Assembly: GCA_964571855.1 (NCBI GenBank)
Contig: CAZNDO010000018.1
Location: 3,886-67,885 of the forward strand
DNA from: an uncultured Gemmatimonadota bacterium
GTDB lineage: Bacteria; ARS69
Direction: 5' to 3'
Length of the DNA stretch: 64,000 bases
The translations under genes and the position numbers were made by a program. Of this stretch, positions 9,326-19,073 are shown piece after piece. The stretch's first letter is position 1, and each line of letters starts with the position of its first letter. The notes below the pieces were generated by a model. It saw only the letters and a list, made by a program, of their open reading frames with translations, had not been told where the DNA came from and ran no database searches.

Positions 9326-11878
9326 TCAGATCACGCGCACGGCGAGCCGCGCGGAGTCCGCGGCGCCGCCGAACGGCGCGCCCTCCACGAACAGGTGGTA
9401 GACGCCCGGCTTCCTCAGGAACGCCGCCTGCTCCGGCGTGAGCCGGACGGTGAACGTGCGCGACTGTCCCGCGGCCAGCCGGTCCTCGGCGCGGCCGCGC
9501 AGCTTGTCGAGCACCCCGGCCTTCCCCAGCACGATCTCGTTCCAGCGCGAGTCGAGCACGCGGAGCCGCAGCTGCCCGTCGCCGAGCTTCGGCGCCGTCG
9601 CGATGCGCACGTCCGCGCCCGTGCCGTTCGTCACGGTCACGGTCAGGGTGAGCGTCCCGCCCGCGCGCAGCTCGGTGCGGTCCGCCGACACGGTCACGGT
9701 GACGCCGGACGCATCCTTGTCCTCCGGGGAGCGGTACCGGCGGTCCACCGCGGACCTCTCGGCCTCTTCCGGGGAGGCCGCCTCGTCGCGCAGGACGCCC
9801 AGGCTGCGCCCGGCGTGGCCGCGCGGATCGGGGCGACCGAGCGGAGCGACGGACGCGGGCGGCGCCGCCATGGACTTCATCATCTCGGCGCCCGCCCTCT
9901 CCTGCCGGCCCTCGAACGAGCCCGCCTCGCCGAACACGCCCTCGAAGCTCACGCCCTCGGGCATCTCCACGGGGACGCGCACGCGCTTCGGCCGCCCGTC
10001 GGACACGACCAGCTTCTCCTCCACCGCCACGAAGCTCGTGTACGGCGTGACCAGGTGGTGCGCCAGCCCGATGGACTCGATCTCGGCGCGAACCGCCGCG
10101 TTCGTCTGCGAGCGGTCGGAGCGCTGGAGGTCGGCGATGCGCGCCCGAGCCCACAGCGTGCCCACGGCCGGGTTGCCGGACGGGCCGCGCGGCAGGTCCA
10201 GCTCCACGCGCGTCTTCCACGGTCGGCCGGCGATGCGGCCGCGCACCTCGAGCCACCCGTCACCGCGCCCGTCGTAGCGCGCGTGCACCGCAAGGGGCTG
10301 CCCGCCGAACACGTCGGGCACCTGCTCGGGGTAGCGGTCCGTCACGTCCACGCCGTGCCACACGAGCTCCACGTCCGTGAGGTACGGGTTGCGGATGCGC
10401 TCGTAGAAGCGGTCCACGGACTGCGCCATCGAGCTGCCGCCGAGGAAGTACTGCGCCTCGCCGCGTCCCTCCAGCGCCAGGCCGTCCAGCAGCTCGCGGT
10501 TCACGGAGCTGCCCACGCCGAACGAGAAGAGCCGCGCGTTGCCGATGGCGGCGCGCACGGCGTCCAGGATCTCGGCCTCGTTCCCGATGTAGCCGTCGGT
10601 GAGGAACATCACGATGCGCAGCCGCTTCGGATCGTGCGGGAAGTCCAGCGCGGCCTTGATCCCCTCGATCATCATCGTGCCGCCCTCGCCCTGGAGCTGC
10701 TCCAGGTACGCGAGGCCGCGCTTGACGTTCGCCGGCGTGGCCTCGATCGGCGCGCGGGCGAGGCCGGACGCGCGCTCGGAGAAGCGGATGATCTGGAACG
10801 TGTCGCCCGGGTTCACGTTCGTCAGCGCGCGCCGCACCAGCCCCTTCGCCGCGGCGATCGGCTCGCCGGACATGGAGCCGGAGCAGTCCAGCACGAAGAT
10901 CATCTCCTTCGCGGTCAGGTCCGCCGCGCGGAGGTCCAGCTTCGGGTGCACCAGCACGGAGACGTAGCCGTCGGTGCCGTCGTGGTACGCCAGCACGCCC
11001 GTGTCGGCGCCGGCGCCCTTCGCCTTCGCCTTCAGCACGAAGTCCTTGTTCGGGCGCGTGTCCAGCGGGTGCAGCGTGATCACCGCGCGGCGCGGTCCCT
11101 TGCGGCGCACGTCCACGCGATGCGTGGGGCTGGACCAGTCCTCCACCGGGATGCCGGCGTCCCAGTCCACCGTGATCTCGAGGTCGTGGCGGGACTGCAC
11201 GTGCGGCGGCAGGAACGGGGGGTTCTCGAGGCGCGAAGGGTCGGGGTCGTCCGGGCGCGGAGGCGGCGCCAGGAAGTCGCCGCCCGCCGGCACGATGTCG
11301 CCGCGCGTGCCCGGCGGGTTGAACCGCGGACCCACGACGGTGGGGAGCACCATCTCCCAGGAGCCGGCGTCGTACGGGAGCTGCTCCACGTAGGTCAGCG
11401 TCACGTCGATCTCGTTCCCGGGGAGGATGTTGGCCACGGACTGCGTGAACACGTTCGTGCGCTCCTGCTCCAGCAGCGCGGCCACGTGGCCGGCGTTGCG
11501 CGCGTCCTCGTACAGGCGCCGCGCCTCCGCGCGCCGCTCGATGATGCCGGCGATCGTGCGGTCGCCCACGCGCATCTCGAACTCGTTCACCGCGGAGTCC
11601 ACCGGCAGCGGGAACACGTAGACGGCCTCGATGGTCTCGTCGCTCGGGTTGGCGAACGTCTGGGTCACGCGCACGCGCGCCACCGGGCCGGAGACGTCGG
11701 CGTGCACCTTCGTGTGCTTCAGCGGGAAGTCGACGACGCGGCCGTCGATCTCGGCGCGCAGGCACCCCGTGCCGGGAAGGGGAGGCGGCTCGGGCGGCGT
11801 GGCGGGGGCGGCGGCCGGCGCGGCCGCGAGGCCGATCCCGACCAGCAGCGCCCGCGGGAAATCGCGCAGGGCAGGCAT
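9326..11878 (-). CDS. Secreted VIT-domain plus von Willebrand factor type A (vWA) domain protein
   Basis: The signal peptide is MPALRDFPRALLVGIGLAAAPAAAP. A vWA MIDAS motif is present (VLDCSGSM ... TDG). An N-terminal VIT-like region and a long C-terminal region follow. The start is chosen at the internal ATG that begins the signal peptide. Confidence 0.75.
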   Translation of the reverse strand: MPALRDFPRALLVGIGLAAAPAAAPATPPEPPPLPGTGCLRAEIDGRVVDFPLKHTKVHADVSGPVARVRVTQTFANPSDETIEAVYVFPLPVDSAVNEFEMRVGDRTIAGIIERRAEARRLYEDARNAGHVAALLEQERTNVFTQSVANILPGNEIDVTLTYVEQLPYDAGSWEMVLPTVVGPRFNPPGTRGDIVPAGGDFLAPPPRPDDPDPSRLENPPFLPPHVQSRHDLEITVDWDAGIPVEDWSSPTHRVDVRRKGPRRAVITLHPLDTRPNKDFVLKAKAKGAGADTGVLAYHDGTDGYVSVLVHPKLDLRAADLTAKEMIFVLDCSGSMSGEPIAAAKGLVRRALTNVNPGDTFQIIRFSERASGLARAPIEATPANVKRGLAYLEQLQGEGGTMMIEGIKAALDFPHDPKRLRIVMFLTDGYIGNEAEILDAVRAAIGNARLFSFGVGSSVNRELLDGLALEGRGEAQYFLGGSSMAQSVDRFYERIRNPYLTDVELVWHGVDVTDRYPEQVPDVFGGQPLAVHARYDGRGDGWLEVRGRIAGRPWKTRVELDLPRGPSGNPAVGTLWARARIADLQRSDRSQTNAAVRAEIESIGLAHHLVTPYTSFVAVEEKLVVSDGRPKRVRVPVEMPEGVSFEGVFGEAGSFEGRQERAGAEMMKSMAAPPASVAPLGRPDPRGHAGRSLGVLRDEAASPEEAERSAVDRRYRSPEDKDASGVTVTVSADRTELRAGGTLTLTVTVTNGTGADVRIATAPKLGDGQLRLRVLDSRWNEIVLGKAGVLDKLRGRAEDRLAAGQSRTFTVRLTPEQAAFLRKPGVYHLFVEGAPFGGAADSARLAVRVI

Positions 11879-12061
11879 GGCGGCTCCTTCGAGGGGTCCG
11901 GGCCCCGCGGGGAGCCTCCTCCCCGCGCGCGCCCGTGACCGGTTCGAAGGGGATACCTCGAAGGCCCCGCGCCTATTCCGGGCTCTGGGGGGAATGACGG
12001 CAAACGCCATCCGGGCCTAGACTTGCGGCGTGGAATGCCGCGAGCCCTTCCGGGGTAGGGA

Positions 12062-12628
12062 GTGAGGATGCGCGAACTCGCCAGGGATCCCGCGGAAGAG
12101 CCCACGGACGGCGAGCTCGTGCGGCTCGCGAAGCGCGGGGACCGGCACGCGTTCGGCCGCCTCGTGCGCCGGCACCAGCCGCGCGTGTTCGCGCTGGGCC
12201 TGCGCTGGCTGCGCAACGCGGACGACGCGGACGACCTGGTGCAGGAGACGTTCGTGCGCGCATGGCAGGGGCTGGCCCGGTTCGACGAGTCGCGGCCGTT
12301 CGCCCCGTGGGTGGTCACGATCGCGGTGAACCGCGCGAAGACGCGGCTGGCGCGGGCGCGGCCGCTGGACGAGGTGGACGAGTCCGTGCCGTGGACCGGA
12401 CCGTCGCCGGAGGAGGGCGCGGAGCGAGCGCTGCTCGCCCGCGCGGTGCACGCGGCGGTGGACGCGCTGCCGGAGGAGCAGCGGATCGTGCTGCACCTGC
12501 GGGCCGTGGAGGACCTGTCGTACCGCGAGATCGCGGAGGCGCTGGGGATCCCGGCGGGAACGGTGATGTCGAGACTGTCGCGGGCGCGGGAAGCGCTGCG
12601 GAAGTCGCTCGGAGGGGCTGCGCCATGA
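12062..12628 (+). CDS. ECF-family RNA polymerase sigma-70 factor
   Basis: Sigma-70 region 2 (DLVQETFVRAWQGLARF) and region 4 HTH (LSYREIAEALGIPAGTVMSRLSRAREAL) are present, at ~185 aa. Confidence 0.9.
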   Translation: MRMRELARDPAEEPTDGELVRLAKRGDRHAFGRLVRRHQPRVFALGLRWLRNADDADDLVQETFVRAWQGLARFDESRPFAPWVVTIAVNRAKTRLARARPLDEVDESVPWTGPSPEEGAERALLARAVHAAVDALPEEQRIVLHLRAVEDLSYREIAEALGIPAGTVMSRLSRAREALRKSLGGAAP

Positions 12629-13806
12629 AGACCGACTGCCGGGACATCGAGGCGCTGCTTTCGCCCTACGCGGACGGCGAGCTGGACGCCGCGGACGCCG
12701 CGCGGGTGGAGAGCCACCTGGCGGAGTGCGCTGCGTGCCGGGAGACGCTGGCCGCGTGGCGCGAGGCCGAGGCCGCGTTCGCTTCCATGCGGGTGGAACG
12801 TTCCGATGTGGAGTGGGAGCGCCTGGCGCGCCGCGTGGACGATGCGATCGACGCGTCCGGGACGGCGGAGGCCGGCGGCCGCGTGGCGGCGGCGCCGCAG
12901 GCCGCGGGCGCACGGACGCCGGAGCGGCGCCGCGTGCACCCCTGGCTCTGGGGAAGCAGCGGCGTGCTCATGGCCGCGGCGTTGGTGCTGCTCTTCTGGC
13001 CCTGGATCACCTCGGAGGACGGCGACATGCAGACCCGGACGATGCTCCCGCCCGCGAGCCGGCCGCCCGCGGTGGCCGGGAACGAGGGCGCGGAACGCGA
13101 CGACGCGCGTGCCGGTGCGCCGGCGGAGCAGGGCGGCGCCGGCGCGGACATCCCCGTGGCGCAAGGCGACGCGAAGGCGCCGGGCACGCGTGGCGTGGAC
13201 ATCCGCCGCGTGGCGATCGAGCAGGAGGCGAAGGCGAAGGACGAGCTGAGCGCGTCGCTGTCGAAGGAGGCGCGGGACGAATCGGGGGCGCCGGGGACGC
13301 CGCCGGCAGAGGCAACGAGGGCCCTGGGGTACCTGACGTCGCCCGCCCCGGCCCCGAAGAGCGCGGAAGAGATGGCGCCGGCGCCGGTCGAGGCGAGGAA
13401 GTCGCTGGCCGTCCCGCCACCGGCCTCCCGCGCGCGGGACGGGGACAAGGCCGAGTCGGCGTTCCGGCAGGAGCCGGACGTCCTGCTCGAGGACGCCGTC
13501 CGGAGCGCGCCGGACTCCGCGTTCGTTCCCGTGCAGCGCGCGGCGCAGCAGGCGCTGGACTCCGGCGAGCCCGCCGCGCTGGAGCGCGCCGCGTCGACCC
13601 TCGCGGCGTTCACGCTCGCCTGGCCGGAGGATCCGCGTCGTGCGGACGCGCTCGCGCAGCGCGTGCGCGTCCTCGCGGCGCTCGCCGTCCACGATCCGGG
13701 GCGGTGGTGCGCGGGGCTGGCCGAGGCGCGCACGCAGTGGCGCGAGGCCGCGGGCGACGCCGCACCGTTCCCGGAGCCCGAACCGGCCGAAGCGGTGTGT
13801 CCGTGA
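12625..13806 (+). CDS. Anti-sigma factor (zinc-finger ChrR/RsiW-like N-terminus, single TM, low-complexity periplasmic domain)
   Basis: The start ATG overlaps the sigma-factor stop (ATGA). The anti-sigma zinc motif is present (HLAECAACRETL). There is one TM segment (LWGSSGVLMAAALVLLFWPWI). Confidence 0.75.
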   Translation: MKTDCRDIEALLSPYADGELDAADAARVESHLAECAACRETLAAWREAEAAFASMRVERSDVEWERLARRVDDAIDASGTAEAGGRVAAAPQAAGARTPERRRVHPWLWGSSGVLMAAALVLLFWPWITSEDGDMQTRTMLPPASRPPAVAGNEGAERDDARAGAPAEQGGAGADIPVAQGDAKAPGTRGVDIRRVAIEQEAKAKDELSASLSKEARDESGAPGTPPAEATRALGYLTSPAPAPKSAEEMAPAPVEARKSLAVPPPASRARDGDKAESAFRQEPDVLLEDAVRSAPDSAFVPVQRAAQQALDSGEPAALERAASTLAAFTLAWPEDPRRADALAQRVRVLAALAVHDPGRWCAGLAEARTQWREAAGDAAPFPEPEPAEAVCP

Positions 13807-14798
13807 GGCCGCCCGCGATCCTCGCCGCGCTTGTCGTGCTCGCCGCCGGCGATACGCGCGCGCAGATCCGCACCCAGGACTTCGACGGACCGGACGGCTC
13901 CCCCTGGCCGGCGCCGTGGTTCGCGGGGACGCCGCACGTGACGTTGCAGGACCTTTCCGGCAACCGCGGCCGCATCAACGGCGACCCGCAGCACGTGGCC
14001 CGCATGATCCTCCCCGGCTTCGCCGAGACCGACGTGGAGGTGGAGATCACGGTGGAGTTCGAGGACGTGGCCTTCCAGGGCTTCGGCCTGTACGTGCGCC
14101 AGAACGGCGGCTATCTGCAGGACACCATCCCCTTCGGCCAGGGCTACGCCACGTTCCTCAAGGGCAACTGGGCGTGGCCGGAGGATCTGGGACTCTGGAC
14201 CGAGACGAACGGCGTGGAGACCCAGTACCTCTTCGGGCTCAACCCGATCGCCGGCGGACTGCAGAACGGCGTGCCGTACCGCGTGCGCTTCCGTGTGGAG
14301 CAGGACACTCCGGCGCAGACGCTCGTGCAGGCGAAGGTGTGGGAGGTGGGTGATCCGGAGCCCGTCGCGTGGACGATCGAGGCGCTGAACGGGGAGGCTG
14401 TGCTGCAGAACACGGCCGGGAGCTTCGCCATCGACCTCTACAACCACTCCGGCACCGGGCACCTGTTCGTGGACGATCTGGTGATCCACCGGCTACCGCT
14501 CGGGACGTCGGCGCCGGTGGCCGCCGCGGCGGCGCCGTCCCTCTCCGTGCACCCGAACCCGATGACCACCTCCTGCCGCGTCTCCTTCGCGGGCGGCGGC
14601 GGCGCCCCGGTCACGATGCGGGTGTTCGACGTGGCCGGCCGCCTCCGCGCGACCCGCCGCGCCGCGCCGGGCGAGAGCGCACTCACGTGGACCGGCACCG
14701 ATGACTCGGGCGCCCCGCTCCCGGGCGGCGTGTACTTCCTGCGGGCCGGCTCGGGAAACGGCGCCTCGCGATCGGAACGGGTCGTCCTGCGCCGGTGA
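13803..14798 (+). CDS. Secreted protein with a C-terminal ~80-aa sorting-type beta-sandwich domain (FlgD-Ig-like / T9SS-CTD-like)
   Basis: The GTG start overlaps the anti-sigma stop (GTGA). A signal peptide is present (AILAALVVLAAGDTRAQ). The C-terminus reads SLSVHPNPMTTSCRVSF...GVYFLRAGSG..RSERVVLRR, the same tail type as four other proteins in this window. Confidence 0.6.
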   Translation: MRPPAILAALVVLAAGDTRAQIRTQDFDGPDGSPWPAPWFAGTPHVTLQDLSGNRGRINGDPQHVARMILPGFAETDVEVEITVEFEDVAFQGFGLYVRQNGGYLQDTIPFGQGYATFLKGNWAWPEDLGLWTETNGVETQYLFGLNPIAGGLQNGVPYRVRFRVEQDTPAQTLVQAKVWEVGDPEPVAWTIEALNGEAVLQNTAGSFAIDLYNHSGTGHLFVDDLVIHRLPLGTSAPVAAAAAPSLSVHPNPMTTSCRVSFAGGGGAPVTMRVFDVAGRLRATRRAAPGESALTWTGTDDSGAPLPGGVYFLRAGSGNGASRSERVVLRR

Positions 14799-14908
14799 CG
14801 GGAGGGCGGCGCCCTGCGGGGGCCCGCCGCGGCCATTGGCACTTTCGCCGCGGATCCCGGCGTTGAGGGGTGTGGCACGAGCACCCACCCTGAACCGCGA
14901 GGCTTCCC

Positions 14909-15538
14909 ATGGATTTCCACGGCATCCGCAGGACCCTGCCGCTCCCCGCCGCCCTGATCGCCCTGATCGCGCTGGCGCCTTCCGCGCGGGCCGAGGGCAC
15001 CGCGGTGGACTTCACGTTCTCCGGCGGCGTCTTCAACCCCACCGAGAACAACCTCGACGAGGTGATCCCCGGCGTCGGCTCCGTCACCGCGAAGCACGGG
15101 GCCGGCAACGCGCTCGGCGCACGGCTGGACATCTGGCTGAACGACCACTTCGCCCTCGAGGGGACCGGCACGTTCATGACCGGCTCGTCCCTCGAGGGGC
15201 AGGCATTCGGCGTCCCGGGCAGCGTGGACGCGTCCTTCTTCTACGGCAGCGCGCGCGGCGTGCTGGGCATCGGCGGGCGAGCGCGCCTGCTCCTGAGCGG
15301 CGGCGTCGGCCTCGCGAGCAGCAGCTACGACACGCGCGGGATCGAGGACGGCAGCATCACCGTGGGCGTGGTGGGGATCGGCGCGCTGATCCCGCTGGGG
15401 AACGCCGTCTCCCTGCGCCTCGACGTGGACAATTACATGTACAACATGTACTGGGAGTTCGACGGGCTGCAGAGCGAGGAACGGCTGCAGCGGGACGTCG
15501 TGGCGATGGCGGGGCTGACGTTCCACACGGGACGGTAG
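14909..15538 (+). CDS. Small outer-membrane beta-barrel protein (OmpW/OmpA-like 8-strand barrel family)
   Basis: It has a signal peptide (ALIALIALAPSARAEG) and alternating beta-strand pattern. It is ~210 aa with a C-terminal aromatic-rich strand (AGLTFHTGR). Confidence 0.7.
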   Translation: MDFHGIRRTLPLPAALIALIALAPSARAEGTAVDFTFSGGVFNPTENNLDEVIPGVGSVTAKHGAGNALGARLDIWLNDHFALEGTGTFMTGSSLEGQAFGVPGSVDASFFYGSARGVLGIGGRARLLLSGGVGLASSSYDTRGIEDGSITVGVVGIGALIPLGNAVSLRLDVDNYMYNMYWEFDGLQSEERLQRDVVAMAGLTFHTGR

Positions 15539-15593
15539 CAGCGTCGCGTCCCGGAGGCCGTGCGAGCTTCCGGGACGCACGGCCTCGAGGGGG

Positions 15594-16145
15594 TTACGTT
15601 CGCGGCTTCGCGCCCCCGAGGTAGCTCTGCGGCGCGGCGTTGAACATCGCCGACGCCCCCTTCGCCACGCTCAGGGTCGTCCACTGCGCTCCCGCGAAGT
15701 GCCGCGCGAGCAGCACGATCTGGCCCGCGTGGTACGCGTAGTGACTGATCTGCCGGTTCACGGCCTGCACCACCGTGTGCGGCTCGCCGCGGATGGTCAC
15801 CGTGCGGTCCAGATCCGCGTCCGTCAGGGCCTCCAGCGTGGCGAAGAGGATGCCCCAGCCTTCCTCCCAGCGCCGCAGCAAGGACGCGCGGTCGTCCGCC
15901 GCGTCCAGCTCGAACTCCGTGTCGCGGCGCCGGTCGGGCTTCTCGCCGTCCGTGGTCAGGAAGTCCCGCCAGCGGGAGCGCAGGTTGCCGGCCATGTGCT
16001 TCACGACGATCGCGATCGGGTTCGTCTCCGGTCCCGGCGCGGCGAGGAACTGCTCGTCCGACACCTGCGCCATCGCGCGGTCCGCCAGCGCCTTCGTGCG
16101 GCGGAACTCGCGGAGCACGTCCTCGCGCCAGCCCTTCGCGTCCAT
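15594..16145 (-). CDS. DinB/DUF1572-family (DinB_2) putative metal-dependent protein
   Basis: The translation MDAKGWREDVLREF...VVKHMAGNLRSRW...HYAYHAGQIVLLARH has the His-rich pattern of the DinB_2 four-helix-bundle family. It lies 6 nt downstream of glyA. Confidence 0.6.
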   Translation of the reverse strand: MDAKGWREDVLREFRRTKALADRAMAQVSDEQFLAAPGPETNPIAIVVKHMAGNLRSRWRDFLTTDGEKPDRRRDTEFELDAADDRASLLRRWEEGWGILFATLEALTDADLDRTVTIRGEPHTVVQAVNRQISHYAYHAGQIVLLARHFAGAQWTTLSVAKGASAMFNAAPQSYLGGAKPRT

Positions 16146-16150
16146 GCCCG

Positions 16151-17431
16151 TCAGCCCCGCACGTCCGCGGCGGTCTCCACGAGATCCGGGTACAGCGGGT
16201 GCTCCGCGGCCAGCGCCTCCACGTCCTTGCGGATGGCCGCCTTCGCGGCGTCGTCCTCGTGCTCGTTCGCCAGCGTCCGCGCGATGAGCTTCGCGATGCG
16301 GACCATCGCGTCCTTCCCCATCCCGCGCGTGGTGACGGCCGGCGTCCCGATGCGCACGCCGCTGGTCAAAGTCGGCGGCTTCGGGTCGAACGGGATGGCG
16401 TTCTTGTTCACCGTGATGCCCACCTCGCCCAGCAGCCGCTCCGCCTTCTTCCCGGAGATGCCCTTCGGCGTCATGTCCACGAGCATGAGGTGGTTGTCCG
16501 TGCCGCCGGACACGAGCCGCAGCCCCTCCGCCTGCAGCGCCTCGGCCAGCGCCGCCGCGTTCTCCACCACGCGCCGCGCGTAGTCCTTGAACTCCGGCCG
16601 CAGCGCCTCGCCGAAACACACGGCCTTCGCCGCGATCATGTGCATCAACGGCCCGCCCTGCATGCCGGGAAAGTTCGTCTTGTCGATGGCAGCGGCGTGC
16701 GCCTCCTTGCACAGGATGAACCCGGAGCGCGGGCCGCGCAGCGTCTTGTGCGCGGTACTGGTCACGATGTCCGCGTGCGGCACCGGCGACGGATGCACCC
16801 CGCCGGCCACCAGCCCCGCGAAGTGCGCCATGTCCACGAGGAAGAGCGCGCCCACCTCGTCCGCGATGGACCGGAACGCCGCGAAGTCCCACGTGCGCGG
16901 GTACGCCGACGCGCCCGCCACGATCATCTTCGGCCGGTGCTCCTTCGCCAGCGCGCGCACCTTGTCCAGGTCGATGCGCTCGGTCTCCGGCTCCACCTCG
17001 TACGCCGACACCTCGAAGAAGCGGCCGGAGAAGTTCACCGGGTGGCCGTGCGTGAGGTGGCCGCCGTGCGCCAGCGACAGCCCGAGGATGCGATCCTTCG
17101 GCTCCAGCACCGCGAAGTACGCGGTCATGTTCGCGGTGGATCCGGAGTGCGGCTGCACGTTCGCGTGGTCCGCGCCGAACAGCTTCTTGGCGCGCACGCG
17201 GGCCGTGTCCTCCGCCTTGTCCACCTCCTCGCAGCCGCCATAGTACCGCTTGCCGGGATACCCCTCGGCGTACTTGTTCGTGAGCGGCGAACCCATGGCC
17301 TCCAGGACCGCGCGGCTCACGAAGTTCTCCGAGGCGATCAGCTCCAGCCCCTCGTTCTGCCGGCGGATCTCGCCCTGCACGATGCGGAACAGATCGGGGT
17401 CGGACTTGGCCAGCGATTCGAAGCGGGACAT
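16151..17431 (-). CDS. glyA: Serine hydroxymethyltransferase
   Basis: Strong full-length conservation is seen ([29 protein letters not shown]-site [14 protein letters not shown]), at 426 aa. Confidence 0.97.
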   Translation of the reverse strand: MSRFESLAKSDPDLFRIVQGEIRRQNEGLELIASENFVSRAVLEAMGSPLTNKYAEGYPGKRYYGGCEEVDKAEDTARVRAKKLFGADHANVQPHSGSTANMTAYFAVLEPKDRILGLSLAHGGHLTHGHPVNFSGRFFEVSAYEVEPETERIDLDKVRALAKEHRPKMIVAGASAYPRTWDFAAFRSIADEVGALFLVDMAHFAGLVAGGVHPSPVPHADIVTSTAHKTLRGPRSGFILCKEAHAAAIDKTNFPGMQGGPLMHMIAAKAVCFGEALRPEFKDYARRVVENAAALAEALQAEGLRLVSGGTDNHLMLVDMTPKGISGKKAERLLGEVGITVNKNAIPFDPKPPTLTSGVRIGTPAVTTRGMGKDAMVRIAKLIARTLANEHEDDAAKAAIRKDVEALAAEHPLYPDLVETAADVRG

Positions 17432-17444
17432 CGGGTCCTCCCTC

Positions 17445-17930
17445 CTACCGTTCGGCCTTGCGCCGCGCGAGTTCCGTGAGCCGCGGCAGGCCGTCTTCCA
17501 GGAGCGTTTCCAGGCGATCGAACGTGGTGCGGTACGCGGCGGGCGGGCCGCCGAAGGGGTCGGCCACCGCCGCGTCCGGGCCGTTCGCGCCGGACAGCTC
17601 GCCCAGCAGCATGGTCTTCGTGTCCGCCAGCGGCTGGATGCTCAGCACCTTCGAGCGGTGCGCCGGCTCCATCACCAGCACCAGGTCCGCCGCCTCCAGG
17701 AGCTCCGGCGTGAGGCGGCCGCTCCGGAAGCGCTCCAGCTCCAGCCCGTTCTCCCGGGCGACGAGCCGCGCGCCGTCCGAGGCCCGGCCGCCCGCGTCGG
17801 CGTTCGTTCCCGCGGAGGATACCGCGAACTCGCCCGGCGCCGCGCGGTCCAGCAGGCGCCGCGCGAGGATCTCCGCCAGGGGGCTCCGGCAGGAGTTGCC
17901 CGTGCACACGAAGAGGATCCTGAACGCCAT
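17445..17930 (-). CDS. Low-molecular-weight protein tyrosine/arsenate phosphatase family protein
   Basis: The CX5R P-loop (VCTGNSCRS) lies at the N-terminus of a ~160 aa protein. Confidence 0.85.
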   Translation of the reverse strand: MAFRILFVCTGNSCRSPLAEILARRLLDRAAPGEFAVSSAGTNADAGGRASDGARLVARENGLELERFRSGRLTPELLEAADLVLVMEPAHRSKVLSIQPLADTKTMLLGELSGANGPDAAVADPFGGPPAAYRTTFDRLETLLEDGLPRLTELARRKAER

Positions 17931-17965
17931 GGCGCTCCTCGGCGCATCCGCGCCCGGTGTTTCGC

Positions 17966-18598
17966 TCAGCGCGTGACCAGCTCGTCCGGATCCAGCGCCA
18001 CCAGGCCGGGACGCAGGATCACGCCGTCGGGGCCCGTGCAGTCCACCACCGTGGACGGGCGGTCCGAGACGGGCGGCCCGCCGTCCAGGGCCAGGTCCAC
18101 GCCGTCGCCGAACACCTCGAGCACCGCTTCCACGCGCGTGAGCGGGGCGTCGCCCGGGAGGTTCGCGCTGGGCGCGGCGAGCGCGGCGCGCATCTCGCGC
18201 AGGATGGCGGCGAGCCAGGGGTCGTCCGGGATGCGCACGGCCACGGTGCGGCCGCCCGCCGTGACCTCCTCGGGCAGCCCCTCCGCGGCCGGCAGCACGA
18301 GCGTCAACGCGCCCGGCCAGTGCCGCGCGCCGAGCGCGCGCGCGAGCGGGCCCAGGTGCGACGTGACCGCGCGCACGCCGATCCAGTCCGGCGCGACCAG
18401 CGCGAAGGGCTTGCCGGGCGGGCGCACCTTCAGCTTCACGAGCTTGTGCAGCGCGTCCGGGCGGTTCACGCTGGCGAGGAGTCCGTAGACGGTGTCGGTG
18501 CGCATGGCCACGACGCCGCCGCCCTTGAGGACGGTGGCGGTCTGGCGCACGAGATCGGGATCCGGGGCGGCGGGATCGACGCGGAGGATGTCGGTCAA
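17966..18598 (-). CDS. tsaC: L-threonylcarbamoyladenylate synthase (YrdC/Sua5 family)
   Basis: The YrdC-domain pattern is present (KGGGVVAMRTDTVYGL...SANLPGD), at ~210 aa. Confidence 0.8.
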   Translation of the reverse strand: MTDILRVDPAAPDPDLVRQTATVLKGGGVVAMRTDTVYGLLASVNRPDALHKLVKLKVRPPGKPFALVAPDWIGVRAVTSHLGPLARALGARHWPGALTLVLPAAEGLPEEVTAGGRTVAVRIPDDPWLAAILREMRAALAAPSANLPGDAPLTRVEAVLEVFGDGVDLALDGGPPVSDRPSTVVDCTGPDGVILRPGLVALDPDELVTR

Positions 18599-18611
18599 GT
18601 TCGGGACGCTC

Positions 18612-19073
18612 CTACTTTCCGGCCAGCTCGTTCTTGTAGTTGTCCAGCTTCGCGCGCAGCGCGTCGTCGGACAGCGCGAGGATCTCCACGGCGAGGATGG
18701 CCGCGTTCTTCGCGCCGGCGGGGCCGATGGCCATGGTGGCCACGGGCACGCCCGGGGGCATCTGCACGATCGCGTGCAGGCTGTCCACGCCGCGCATCGG
18801 CGAGCCGTCCAGCGGCACGCCGATCACGGGCAGCGTGGTGTGCGCCGCCACGACGCCGGGCAGCGCGGCGGCCATGCCCGCGGCGCAGATGAGCACGCGG
18901 ACGCCGCGGTCCCGCGCGCCGGCGGCGAGATCGCGCGTCTTCTCCGGCTGCCGGTGCGCGGACGACACGACGAACTCGTGCGAGACGTCGAAGCGATCGA
19001 GGTTGTCCATGCACCCCTTCATCGCCTCGCGGTCGCTCTCCGAGCCCACGAGGATCAGGACCTTCGGGTTCAT
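18612..19073 (-). CDS. purE: N5-carboxyaminoimidazole ribonucleotide mutase
   Basis: The translation MNPKVLILVGSESDREAMKGC...VIGVPLDGS..LHAIVQMPPGVPVATMAIG is a classic PurE. The start overlaps the purD stop. Confidence 0.9.
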   Translation of the reverse strand: MNPKVLILVGSESDREAMKGCMDNLDRFDVSHEFVVSSAHRQPEKTRDLAAGARDRGVRVLICAAGMAAALPGVVAAHTTLPVIGVPLDGSPMRGVDSLHAIVQMPPGVPVATMAIGPAGAKNAAILAVEILALSDDALRAKLDNYKNELAGK

